58,780 bases of DNA from Blastocladiella emersonii ATCC 22665. Its lineage: Eukaryota > Fungi > Blastocladiomycota. Both the position numbers and the translations under genes were made by a program. The notes beneath the pieces were generated by a model, which was given only the letters and a program-made list of their open reading frames with translations, did no database searches and had not been told where the DNA came from. The stretch's first letter is position 1. Each line of letters starts with the position of its first letter. This document shows positions 9,961-20,541 of this stretch, piece after piece. The stretch covers positions 1 to 58,780 of the forward strand of contig JANHCV010000019.1 in the NCBI GenBank assembly GCA_025594325.1, read 5' to 3'.

Positions 9961-12446
9961 CATTGGGAAATGGGGGGTCACCCCGCTGCGGTGGATCACG
10001 AAGATCTTCCTAGATCACTGTGATCTACGAAGATCTTAGCCTTGCAGAAATCTAGCCCCGCTCGACCAGTCCGGAGTGGTTCCGCTCGCGAAGATCTTGG
10101 CACCCAACATAGATCTACGAGTGATCTATCGTGCTCGACCACAAATCTATGAAGTAGTCGAGCGCTTGCACTCGCGCAGCGAACGGCTTTGAGACAAAAC
10201 TCGCGCGACGCGTCCTTGACTGTCAAATCACAACACCAATCATCGCTGCCTTTGTCCTCCATAGTCGCGTTTGGAATAAATCAAGCAGTTCACTGGACTA
10301 TCTCTCAGTCGTGCACCAGCTCGTCGCACAGGCGGGTCGGGAGAACCGTGGTTCAAGTGAGCAAACAGGGAGCACCACACATGCAGCGTGACCAACGAAG
10401 TGGGAAGGGGAGAGGGCCAGGGGCATCGATTCCCTCGAGGCGGTGTGCAGGATCGGCGTCAAGGAACGTGAAAATGGAGCTGTTGAAGAGCTGCACAGGC
10501 ACGACAGGAATCAAGGTTGCGGGTGCCTGCCAGTGTGCCTTCAAGCGGGAGCGAGGTCGTAAGCGGGCGTAATCACGATGTTGTAGAGCCGCCAACAACC
10601 TTGCAGGACGGATCAGCGAGTTCCGGCTCGCGCATCTCACCACGTAGCAGGTCGGGCAGAGCAGCGACGGCCAGGATCCGCAGCTGTTTCGAGATCGTTT
10701 GACCACGGAACCACGCGGCGAGGGAGTTGCAGCGTGTCAGTAATGAGATCTTCAGACCTGCGTTGTGTATGCTTGACAAGAGGGGAGGAGGCATGGACCA
10801 ACGCGACGCGGCGAAGCTGTCAAGCGAGGCGGCGGTCAAGCGCACGTGAGGATAGGCGGCGTTTGTTTTGGGCAAAGTCCTTCGCTCAGTCGCCACTGCC
10901 CACCGTCCACCCTTGCCGCCGCCGACTTCCTCTCTCCTCCCCCGCCACCCGTCCTTCCCCCCAACTCCCCTACGACGCATCCAACTCCATGCACTTGCTC
11001 CAGGACTGCATCGAGCACATCGCCAAGGCCTGCGCCGGGTACGAGCCAGACCCTCCTTGCGCCGTTGTGTGCGCGCCACCTCGCCACCTCGTTACCTCGC
11101 ACGAACGCCACCCACTGCTGCATCGCGCTGCGCCGCTGACGACGGCACCGGTCTGCCCTCACTGACGCCTCTCTCGTGCTCCCGCTGTCCAGGTCCCGCC
11201 GCGGCTGATACTGCCCGCCCAAGCCGGCCGACGCCACCCTTCGCCCCCTGGACTCTCTGAACCTCGCTGGCGTCGGCGACGTGGACGCTCTTGTCGATCC
11301 TGCCGTCCTACCCTTCCTCGGGCTCGAGACGGCCTGCGGTCGCATGCTCATGGCGCCGCGTATTGTCGCCGCCATTGAGATCCCGCACAACGTGGCGCGC
11401 GCGTGGCGACGGCGCCCAGCAATCGCAAGTCCGAGGTGCTGCTCAACCTCACGTTCGACTGGAACCGCAGGGCAACAACGTATGTTTGCGATCGTCCGCT
11501 TTGGGCTGCTTCCCGACCAGCGATCTGACCCGGACCGCCCCGCCTATAGAACCTACGCCCGCGGCATTGTCAAGCTGATTGCCCATGGCACCCGCTCGCG
11601 CACCCTAGGCGACCTGTCCCCCTCCCCAAGTTGTGCGTGTGTTTTCGCGTGTCTGGTCGCCCATGCTAACGCCACCACTGGCTGACGTAGCAAAGCTGCC
11701 CGGGCCGCACCTGTTTGCCATTGTGGATTGACTCGCACCTGATCGCACGCTCGTCGACATGGTGTACTTCATTGAGCTGGTACGCGTCGCGCACAATCCT
11801 GACTCGCTTCGTAGCTCACGCCCCAACGTGTCTGTGTAGTTTGCTCCCGTGGTCCAGTCGTACGTGCAGGGGTCGGCGGCGCCCATTGTGGATGTCGACA
11901 TGTTCCGCTGCAGCTACTTCCACTCGCTGGTCGCAAGCATCGAGCGTCGCCGGGCCGCTCACCCGTTTGTCCGCATGACACGGAGGAGGTCGTGCGCCAG
12001 TCGTTCACCAAGTCCACTGCCGCTGCCGCTGCCACTGCGACCGCAGCCTCAGCGGCGGGTGCCCGAGGCGCGAGTCCGTACGGAGTAGCGCTGGATAGCG
12101 ACGACGACGACGACGCGTAGATTTGATGCAGAATACAGATCTGTTTCTCACTCATCGAACTCTCCCGTTGTGTGCTGAGATCTCTCGCTTGGCGAAGATC
12201 GCTTGAAAATCTCACAGATCTCCTCAGCGGCGGGGAATCTACGTTCGTTGCGAAGATCTATTGGCCCTGACGGAGTCGAGCTCGGCTGGACAGGAGGGAT
12301 AGATCTATGGTGAGATCTATAGAAAACATAGGTTTGCAGTGGATTTCTACGTAGATCTTCCCCAGCTATTTTGGCCCTCAAAACCCTAAGATCTATGAGA
12401 GATCTAGCTAGATCTCTTTGAGATCTTAACCCCCAATTTCCCAATG
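9961..12446. mobile_element. Unclassified TIR DNA element (2486 bp) with AT target-site duplication and subterminal AGATCT arrays
   Basis: Left end CATTGGGAAATGGGGGGTCA; right end (reverse complement) CATTGGGAAATTGGGGGTTA. AT on both sides (9959-9960, 12447-12448). Removing the element and one AT restores the Helitron B codons tgt-cca-ttt-ggt-gga. No transposase recognised inside. Confidence 0.85.
10980..12088 (+). pseudogene. Degenerate intron-containing gene relic carried inside the TIR element
   Basis: Protein-like segments MHLLQDCIEHIAKACAG, PPKPADATLRPLDSLNLAGVGDVDALVDPAVLPFLG..., TLVDMVYFIEL|FAPVVQSYVQGSAAPIVDVDMFRCSYFHSL with GT-AG spacers and at least one in-frame TGA. Family not recognised. 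Confidence 0.4.
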
Positions 12447-12939
12447 ATGGACAAAGGTCATGGCTTGGGTACAGCGCGTCAAAGTGCAAGTGCATGGTGG
12501 CAAGGAGCCCAGCGCCAACCACAGAGATTTTGTCCATGAGGACGAAGTGGACCTGGCGGAAGGACGCCTCAAGCTTGGTCTTGATCACAAGGCTCATCAT
12601 TGGCTTGTTTGCTGAGACAGCAGTTCTGATACTGTACATGGCGTGGATTGTGGAGCTGCCAATGGGCGCTGCGGCTACGCTGGTTGGCGCGTAGGTCTTG
12701 AGCCACAAGCTGCAGGTCTTGGCGGCGAACATGTTGCGAATTGAGTTGATGACGCGACTATTACCTGTGCTTGCCTCACTGTGGACAAGCATGAGGGAGG
12801 GGCAGCTTGATGGCATCAAGCGTCGACTCGACGTGCTTCACAACGCGGCGCCGCTCGACGTTGATTGAGCCCATGAAGATACGGGCAGAATCATAGACGA
12901 TTTAAAAAGGACAGAGCCAGGTGGGTTCGTGAGGGAAAA

Positions 12940-13011
12940 TGGAGGAGCCGAGGATCGAACTCGGGGCCTCTCGCATGCGAAGCGAGCGCTCTACCACTGA
13001 GCTACACCCCC
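12940..13011 (-). tRNA. tRNA-Ala(CGC)
   Basis: GGGGGTGTAGCTCAGTGGTAGAGCGCTCGCTTCGCATGCGAGAGGCCCCGAGTTCGATCCTCGGCTCCTCCA folds as a cloverleaf with the G3:U70 Ala determinant, followed by a TTTT terminator. Confidence 0.93.
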
Positions 13012-13353
13012 AGATGTTTTCCTTCATGTGAGTTACCCCCCCGGGCGTGATTATATAAGTTGTGATCTATCTTCTTCCCTCGCTCCAAGCGGGCCGACTG
13101 GAATACCGAACGGAAGAAAAAAATCGCATGAGTACGTCGACCCGAGGTGAGCAGCCGGCGGGCGATCCCAGCAAGGCAGTCAGCCCGCGGCGTGATGAGG
13201 ATGTTGCAGGCAATAGCGTGTACGCATGTGAGCGGCGTGGCGCGTCCAGCAGCCAACCACATGGTTGCGTGTGCACTTGAACTGTAAGCGTAAATTTCCC
13301 CTTTCAACGGCTGGGTGAGCGGGTATCAAAGTCTGCTTACCACCCAGCATAAA

Positions 13354-13395
13354 CTAGTGTAGTGAGCCTTGCTCACTCCTGTCTCAGCAGTAGGC
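13354..13395 (-). mobile_element. Helitron 3' terminus (Helitron C; body not delimited)
   Basis: GCCTACTGCTGAGA + perfect hairpin AGTGAGC-AAG-GCTCACT + CTAG|T. Same subterminal motif as Helitrons A and B. Mirror at 45386-45427. Confidence 0.75.
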
Positions 13396-14270
13396 GTCTG
13401 TCAATAAATGATGTGAGGGGCTTCAAGCTTGTGTTTTGGAGACGTATCATACACTAGGGCAGGACAAGAGAATTGGAGTCTTTCAGTCACAGCTGGGATC
13501 ATGTCCTCAACGATCTAGGTGATAACATTGTTGGGAAGGGGGGGGGGGGGCAAAAGATCTATAGGAGATCTGCTATGATGTGAGAGTGGACAAAACGGAT
13601 CCGCCATAACGTTCCTGCTACCTACAGCAAGATCTGTCTAGATCTTGTATAGATCTTTGGGTTGCGGGACAAGCGAGGAAATCAAAAAAAAAAAAAAAAA
13701 AAAAAACGCATGGCTCATGGCTTAAGGTTGCCAAGAGTGCACAGTGGGCAGGAGGCTGGATGATGTTGCAGTTGTAGGTTCTGAAAGCGGGGCAGGCATG
13801 ATGAGATCGTTTGTGAGGTGGCCGCCCAAGTGGACAGCCACACACGTACATCATTGCCCAGCAGGTCAGGTCAAACGTGATGTCAAGCAGCACCGCCTAC
13901 TTGCAGTTGTTGCGCCATCGTTGCACGCGCCCAGTTTGAGGCTAAATTATGTGGGAGAAACCCAGCGGCCACAGCTAAGAATATCAAGTCAGATTTGTGA
14001 GTCTTGAGACCATTACCAGATATTTTTCTGACTGAATCGAATGTACGTACGTGAAGTTAAAGAGTTGACCAGAGCTACAGGTTATAGCCACTCTGGTGAC
14101 AGCTGCAAGGGAGGAAATGAGAGGTTGAAGTCACGTTTGTGATTGCCATATAGTTGTAAGCAGATGCTTCCTGCAGCTGAAATCACGCGCAGAAGAAGAA
14201 CAATAAAAAAAAATAAAAGGTGATAATCTTGGTCTCCATTGCGTCAAAGGGGACACAAAATGTGAGGAAA

Positions 14271-14342
14271 AGGGGCCGCCGAGGATTGATCTCGGGACCT
14301 GTCGATCTGCAGTCGACCGCTCTACCGCTGAGCTACAACCCC
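14271..14342 (-). tRNA. tRNA-Cys(GCA), with a non-canonical T-loop (ATCAATC)
   Basis: GGGGTTGTAGCTCAGCGGTAGAGCGGTCGACTGCAGATCGACAGGTCCCGAGATCAATCCTCGGCGGCCCCT. Anticodon GCA, U73 discriminator, T-run terminator. T54 replaced by A. Confidence 0.82.
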
Positions 14343-14563
14343 AGGTTTTCGTTTTTCACACCATCCCTGCGCCGCAAAACAATATATTTGCCAGATCACT
14401 TATTGAGAAGCAACTCTCGCAAGACTAAGGAACACCAAAAATTGCACGGTTGCCAGACCGCAATGTATTTTCTTATGTGCTGCACATTTTTGGGCACCTC
14501 CAGCGTCAGCAGCACCATCCCGACAACGTGATACCGCTCAGTACCGCAAAAATAAAAATGAAT

Positions 14564-14635
14564 TGCCGCCTGGGAGGATCGAACACCCGGCCTTTGCTTT
14601 ACGAGAGCAACGCTCTGCCACTGAGCTAAGGCGGC
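14564..14635 (-). tRNA. tRNA-Thr(CGT)
   Basis: GCCGCCTTAGCTCAGTGGCAGAGCGTTGCTCTCGTAAAGCAAAGGCCGGGTGTTCGATCCTCCCAGGCGGCA folds as a cloverleaf with anticodon CGT and one T:T mismatch in the T-stem. Confidence 0.9.
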
Positions 14636-16300
14636 TTGCGAATAGCGCGTCGCATTTGTCAATACAACCCTTGGTATTTGTGTGACGCAGAACAATCACG
14701 ACAATTTTCATTGAAGCAGTCTGTTCACGGATGCAACTGGAGTTTGCTTGTTCTTGAACTCGGCCGCACACCTGTAGTTGACAGGGTTCAGCGTGGCCAT
14801 GCCAAGGTTCTTTGGCTGTCTCATTTCTTTTTTGCTTCTTGACCTCCTTACACGCTTCTGCAAAATATTTCCCAAAAGCACAACCCCACTGGTACCAATT
14901 CCTTGTCCGGCTTCCATTCCAATGAGCGGGGCCAACCAGACTGGAATTAACAATATACTTAGCTGTGGACAAGGTGGAGGTTTTACTGTTGGCAGCCATG
15001 GCTGCAGCTCAGGGTTGCTGGTGTGTAGGAGGTAGTTCTGGGGGTGAGAGTGGGTTAGGTTGATGAGGGGGAAGATATGGGCCAGGGGAGAGAAGCAAGC
15101 TGCTTACATAGTGCACCTAGCAAGAGAGGCAGCCTTGTAAATTTTTTGTGAGCAGAGGGGAGTCTCACCTCCACTTTGACACAACACTTGAAAATGGTTT
15201 TATGGTGCCTCATTTGCAAGAATTTTGAGTTTTACGGCAGCGGGACTTGGGTGAGCATGTTGAGGTCTGGGTTCGTTCAGATTTTTGCTATGGTCAGGTT
15301 TGAGGTGGGCTCACCCAGGTTCATTTTTTTTTCCCCCGCCCTGAAGAGGCTTTTCCGATGTGGTTTCTCGGTTAGTTTGTAAGGGTTCTCAATCCCCAGA
15401 AGAGGGAACACCTGCGCTCAATCTGGTCTCACCTTTGCTTGATCTGTACCCCACCGCTTAAAGCCCAAAAGCGCTATCCTGTAATGAACACACAACCACG
15501 CCAGGAAAGTTGCTTGAAAGCGAGGCTATGAACTTACGACTTTACAAACGGAGTTTTGAAATAAAAATATGACGACGCGCGCAAAGCTTAGGAAACCACC
15601 AGATTGGACAATCTGGGAAGGAAAACTGTGAGGCTTACCACGCGCTCGAAATTCAGCGGGTGAAGTGACATGGTCCCGCTCAAGCGCGGGAAAATCCAAC
15701 CTCAGCGAAGTTTGTAGTGGGGTGGCCAACCAAACTCTGCTTTCTAATCTTGAGATGTGCCCAAAGACCGCTAAATCCAGTTTGTCCTCACCAAGTCATT
15801 GTCTTTCAGCATAAATGATGGCAGGTTTTCCAAGTTTCCTATAGGTTAGTCACTTGGTCACTGCCGCTTTGCTTTGAACCCACAAATAAATAAGTCTGAT
15901 TGCAGCACAGGCCAGCTCACGCCGCCCTACCTCAGTGGAGTAATTGTATTGGGTGGACCAGTGCTTGGCTAGAGAAGCAATCTAGCCTGGCCCTGCAAGC
16001 GGCCAAGAGACAGGTATGTGGCAATAAAAGCAGCAGTACAACCAGTAGGGAGGCGAAGGAAGACCTGGGCCGCGTTGTACATAGCGTAGCCCTCAGCGTC
16101 TGACCTGCTGCCCCCAGCAGGAACCAATGCACCCTCAGACAGTCAAGAAGGTGGGTGCCATGCAGCAGGGACCACCCACAAGACGATATGTGACAGATCC
16201 ACTCCAGTGCGCGTAACTCCACCAAGTTCATTGGTTTCAAGGGCAGAACTGTGACTAGTAGGGTTGGGCGGCGTGCGTGGTGGGCTCAGCCCGCGGATTA

Positions 16301-16577
16301 GAGACCTTGCAAAAAGTCGGGGCCGACTTTCGTCCTGGCCCCACGCTTTCAGCCACGCGGTGTGGCGTAATGCACAGGCCCGCTCGAGCGCCAGGCCCAA
16401 CTTTTCTTGGGGTCGGCTCTGCGCAAGCGCTCGAGGTGCCAGATCAGGGAGCGGTCGAGCGGGGAGGGTCTCGCGAGCCCCCACGGCAAAGCCTTGCGAC
16501 CAACGTGGCCCGCGCGCGCGTGAAGCAAGCCACCGCGGCCTCCGCTCGAAAGTCGGCCCCGACTTTTGCAAGGTCTC
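16301..16577. mobile_element. MITE (277 bp) with TA target duplication, Tc1/mariner-like
   Basis: TIRs GAGACCTTGCAAAA(A)GTCGGGGCCGACTTTCG (about 31 bp). TA at 16299-16300 and 16578-16579. No coding capacity. Confidence 0.85.
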
Positions 16578-16610
16578 TATTATAAAGTCCAACGCCAAAC
16601 AGAGAACATA

Positions 16611-16682
16611 GCCGCCTTAGCTCAGTGGCAGAGCGTTGCTCTCGTAAAGCAAAGGCCGGGTGTTCGATCCTCCCAGGCGGCA
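16611..16682 (+). tRNA. tRNA-Thr(CGT), identical to 14564-14635
   Basis: Same 72-nt sequence, followed by TCTTTTT. Confidence 0.9.
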
Positions 16683-17028
16683 TCTTTTTGACTTTTTTTT
16701 GTCTCCTCGGCTTGCAGGAGCACCATGCGTAGTTAGTAGGTAGACCTCACAAACTTGAGAAACTCACATTTAACCCATTCGTCCGCCCTTCATGAAGCGT
16801 GCGTGGGCTGAATGCGCTGTGTAGACTGTGTGGGCTACAGTTGTTTGCTTCTTGTGCCAAAATGGAACTGACAAAGAAGCACACGTTCTTGTAGTGCATG
16901 CAAATAATTGTTTGTGCATCCTACGCCCCCCCCCTCCCCCCTAGAGGTACAAAATTTCCCTGTCCAAAATAGACTGACTGCCTAGTTGTGTGCTCCCTCT
17001 TGCCACAGGGTTGCTCACATGTGCACTC

Positions 17029-17217
17029 GCACTTGCCCAGTTTACTTGAATTACCCAAGGTGAGTCAGGACGGCATAGTCGAGTCCTAGCGCATGGAAGC
17101 CCTGGGTTGAATCATTGAGTGTTCGATTCAGGCAGTGCGCGCGCGCTGGTAGCGTTTTGCAAATCGATTTTCTTTTTCCTTTTCCTTTTCCTTTTCCTTT
17201 TCATTTTCATTTATATT
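17029..17217 (+). repeat. Dispersed repeat (about 190 bp), copy 1; copy 2 at 25866-26034
   Basis: Both copies share gcacttgccca...ggcatagtcgagtcctag...tgagtgttcgattc(c)aggca...aatcgattt followed by a pyrimidine/T-rich tail. Confidence 0.75.
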
Positions 17218-17435
17218 GGAGAGGTTGCGCAGCGAGCGAAAAAATCCGACGACTGGGAAATTTTCTCCGGACCAGCCGCGGCGTGAAAGCGCGCGACCCC
17301 AGCGCGTGACTGTCGCGTCGGAAACCATCGGGACGCCGCGCTCGCGGCCTGCGCGCCAGCTCACGCTCCCGCGCTCGTGCTTCGCTTGAACACATACGCC
17401 GTCCCCACAAGCACACGCAACTGCATGAAATCACC

Positions 17436-18539
17436 ATGGACCGTCAGGCTGTCGCTCTTGCAGTGGTTTATGTCACGTTTGCGGCGGTTTTAGTCGCGTT
17501 GTACCAACAGCAGCAGCTCACACTCCAGGTGCGCCGGCCCAAGCCCACGGGTCGGCAGCAGTGGCGCCAGGGACCATTTGAACTCGACGAGCATGACGAC
17601 AGAGACTGCTGGGCCAAATTTCGCTTTCAACGCGACGATATTCGATACCTTGCTTTTCGCCTACTCCCTGGAGACGTGCGAATCGACAGCAACACGGTCG
17701 AGCCTCGCATCGAAGCCCTATGTATCCTCCTACGGCGCCTCGCGTACCCTTGTCGCCTTGGAGATTTGTGCCTCATCTTTCCACGCGGCGTGACAACGCT
17801 TTCGCGTGTCGTGAACGAGGTCCTACGGATTCTCATCAACCGTTGGATGCGCCTCTTGACAATCAGGCCCCAAGCTTACCCGCCCCGCGTGCTTCATGCT
17901 TTTTCAACGGCCATCCATCAAGCAGGTGCTCCAATGACCAACTGCTTTGGCTTTCTTGATGGGACAATTCGCAAGGTTGCTCGGCCTGGCGGACACAATG
18001 CTGTTCAACGGATTCTCTACACGGGCCAAAAACGGATCCACGGTCTCAAGATGCAAGGTGTTGTCGCGCCGAATGGACTCTTCATTGATTTTCGCGGTGT
18101 CTGGCCTGCTTCCTTCCACGATGCAAATGTGCTCCGCCGCTCGCAACTACTTCCGCGTCTTTTGGAACTCCCATGGACTCCTCACGGTAACCGCTATGTC
18201 TTGTATGCCGATTCGGCGTATCCAGGAAATCTGCCCACCATCGTCCCAACGCGCCGCGGACCAATGACGCCTGAGCAGCGCCAGTTTCGAAATGCCATGT
18301 ACCCGCTTCGCGCTGCTGTTGAGTGGGGCTTTGGTGAAGTTCTTCGCGATTGGGCTTTCATCGATTACGCTAAGAACAACAAAGTCTTTGTCCATTCGAT
18401 GCGCGATCTCTACTTTGCCGCCGTCTTTCTGACGAACCTCAAGACGTGCCTGTATCGCGGCAACCAAATTTCTGACAAGTTCAACCTGGTCCCGCCCACT
18501 ATCGTTCAATACCTTGATGGCGAGGTGTCGTTTGATTGA
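17436..18539 (+). CDS. HARBI1-like DDE transposase (DDE_Tnp_4 type), 367 aa, intronless and intact
   Basis: Motifs CFGFLDGTIRKVARP, YTGQKRIHGLKMQGVVAPNG, SFHDANV, LYADSAYP and RAAVEWGFG (D-D-E present). Confidence 0.92.
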   Translation: MDRQAVALAVVYVTFAAVLVALYQQQQLTLQVRRPKPTGRQQWRQGPFELDEHDDRDCWAKFRFQRDDIRYLAFRLLPGDVRIDSNTVEPRIEALCILLRRLAYPCRLGDLCLIFPRGVTTLSRVVNEVLRILINRWMRLLTIRPQAYPPRVLHAFSTAIHQAGAPMTNCFGFLDGTIRKVARPGGHNAVQRILYTGQKRIHGLKMQGVVAPNGLFIDFRGVWPASFHDANVLRRSQLLPRLLELPWTPHGNRYVLYADSAYPGNLPTIVPTRRGPMTPEQRQFRNAMYPLRAAVEWGFGEVLRDWAFIDYAKNNKVFVHSMRDLYFAAVFLTNLKTCLYRGNQISDKFNLVPPTIVQYLDGEVSFD

Positions 18540-18646
18540 TACACTCGCCCTTTGATGCACTTACGATTGAGGACTGCATGTACATCACGAACATCGATAT
18601 CTTTTGTGCAAACGGACAGGAGCGAGAACGGACAGGACATGATGAT

Positions 18647-20541
18647 TCAAAGGCTGCTACTGGGCGACGGCGGCGCAATCTCCTGCGGCTGAGCCAGCGG
18701 GGAATGAGCGCCGACCTCGTGCTGAAGCGCAGGCGGCGGCGTCGCGGTCTCGGGCAGCGGCGGCGTGCTGATGATGTCCCGAGACTGCTGCGGCGGCAGG
18801 ATCGAGAATTCTCCTGCAGCGAGTTTCGACGTGACCATGCCGCGCGTAGGAGACGACGGCGAGCTCCAGATCATGTTGCTCATCAGCGCCATGAGCTGCT
18901 GGTTGTTGAGGATGACCGTCCGCGGCAACTGGTCATCGTCGTCGCGCAAGTGGTTGACTGGCAGGTTGTACGGGTCAAAGTCGAGCGGTTGCTGGTGCAC
19001 GTTGACCGACATGTACAGCTGCTGCAGGTTGGTGGCGTTGCCAAGCGGCGGGTGCGGCGCGTTGCCGAGCGGCGGGTGCGGCGCGTTGCTGAGCGGCGGG
19101 TGCGGCGCGTTGCCGGACAGCAGGTGCGGCGCGTTGCCGAGCGGCGGGTGCGGCGCGTTGCCGAGCGGCGGGTGCGGCGCGTTGCCGAGCGGCGGGTGCG
19201 GCGCGTTGCCGGGCGGCGGGTGCGGCGCGTTGCCGAGCGGCGAGTGGTGGTGGTGCTGCTGCTGCGAGTGCGGGTACTGGGCGCCGCCAAGCGGCAGGTG
19301 CGGGTACTGGGCGCCGCCGAGCGGCAGGTGCGGGTACTGGGCGCCGCCGAGCGGCAGGTGCGGGTACTGGGCGCCGCCAAGTTGCGGATGCGGGTTGAGT
19401 CCTCCTAGATCACAGGTGCGTGAGCTTCAAGAACACGAGCAAGGCTTGGATAAGTTTCTTTCGTCCTGAGCGTACCAGAGACCACATGGTGAGCAGCGTT
19501 GAGGAGAAAGGCGGATAAGGCCGCAAGTGGGTTTGCTGCCAGCAGCGTAGGCGGAAGCGGGGGCGGGGGCGGGGGTGGAAAACTGGTCACCTCCGCAGCT
19601 GCGTGGTAAGAGTTCTGTGAGGAAGGGGTGGGCTGCGAATGGCGCGAGCGAGCACGAGCGTACGGAGCCTGGCGGCGAGGAACGCGACCACTTGAACTGC
19701 GCTGGGTCCGGCCACGGGGCGCGGTGCGCCGAGCGGGTTCAGCGTGCAGCTCGGCCTCATCGTCACCGTACTCGTACTCGTACTCGTACTCATCCGCATC
19801 ACCGTGTGAGAAGCCCGCTGACAACGGGGTCGCCATCATGGACGAGGCGCCGTAGTGCGGGTGCGATGCAGCGGCGGCGGCGGCCATGGCGGCCAACATG
19901 GACGAGGACGAGGCGCTGTGGTGTGGGTGCGGGTGCGACGCAGAAGCGGCGGCGGCGGCCATGGCGGCCGACATGGACGAGGACAAGGCGCCGTGGTGCG
20001 GGTGCGGGTGCGACGCAGCGGTGGCGGCGGCAGCGGCCGTGGCGGCCAACACGGACCAGGGCGACGTCGCCGAAGAGCCCGAGGGTCCGGCGGGGAGCGA
20101 GCCAGGCCCGATACCCGGCACGGACGCTGCAGCCTGCACGCGGGCCGCGAGATCATCACGGGCCTGCTCGGTAGCGGCGCGCAAGGCCCGAGCGGCAGCA
20201 GTTGCAGCCTTCGCCGCACCGGTGAGACGCTTTTCATGCGCGCACAGCTCGTTGTAGAGTCTCTGGGCCATATCGGCCCATGGCGACAAAGCGAAGCGAG
20301 CGGGCAGGGAAGCCGAGCGAAGGACGCGGCGCGCGGCGTCCGCCACGTTTTTGAGGCAGTGAGGGGGCGGATCGAGTTTGCGGGGCTGGGGGAGTTCGTC
20401 ACAAAGGAGGCGGGCGCGGGCGGCGACGCTGTTGCCAGCGACGAGCTGAGTGGCTTGGAGGAGGGTCAGAGAGGGGTCGGCGCGGATGCGGGCTTTGAGA
20501 AGGATGAAGGCTGCGACGATGTACGGCACGGGCCAGGTCAT
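18647..20541 (-). CDS. ORF2 of PHIS element 1 (spliced, about 607 aa, low complexity, with GGAQYPHLPL x4 and GNAPHPPL x~9 tandem repeats)
   Basis: ATG at 20541. A 71-bp phase-1 intron at 19405-19475 (GTACGC...GATCTAG) joins HHVVS-G-GLNPHPQ in frame through to the stop at 18647. Convergent with the transposase inside the TIRs. Confidence 0.72.

Larger units (their letters stand above)
5686..12870 (-). mobile_element. Helitron B: decayed, 5'-truncated Helitron with Pif1-type helicase relic, interrupted by Helitron A (6447-8787) and a TIR element (9961-12446)
   Basis: Helicase pieces rejoin across both insertions. In order: degenerate Walker A/B (HSEASTGNS...MDKISVV), HDLCP|FGGLHVLALGD, GIVNGVIGQAKDFF|SIDTNGEVDVVII, motif QFPLKLAYALTAH, and CMILSCVRRGDDILIL. 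The 3' end has a GTGCAACGCAC hairpin then CTGG|T (CTRR) at 5689-5686. Confidence 0.8.

Noticed and set aside
17436-17510. N-terminal hydrophobic stretch of transposase 1 as a signal peptide or membrane anchor (domesticated gene)
   Set aside because: The gene is inside intact TIRs with a TSD, and a hydrophobic N-terminal helix is also present in transposase 2, so it is not distinctive.
18883-19400. 24-bp and 30-bp tandem arrays as a CRISPR or non-coding repeat locus
   Set aside because: No unique spacers. Unit lengths are multiples of 3 and lie in frame in exon 2 of the PHIS-1 ORF2. The Arg-rich and Cys/Gly-rich ORFs here are alternative-frame shadows.
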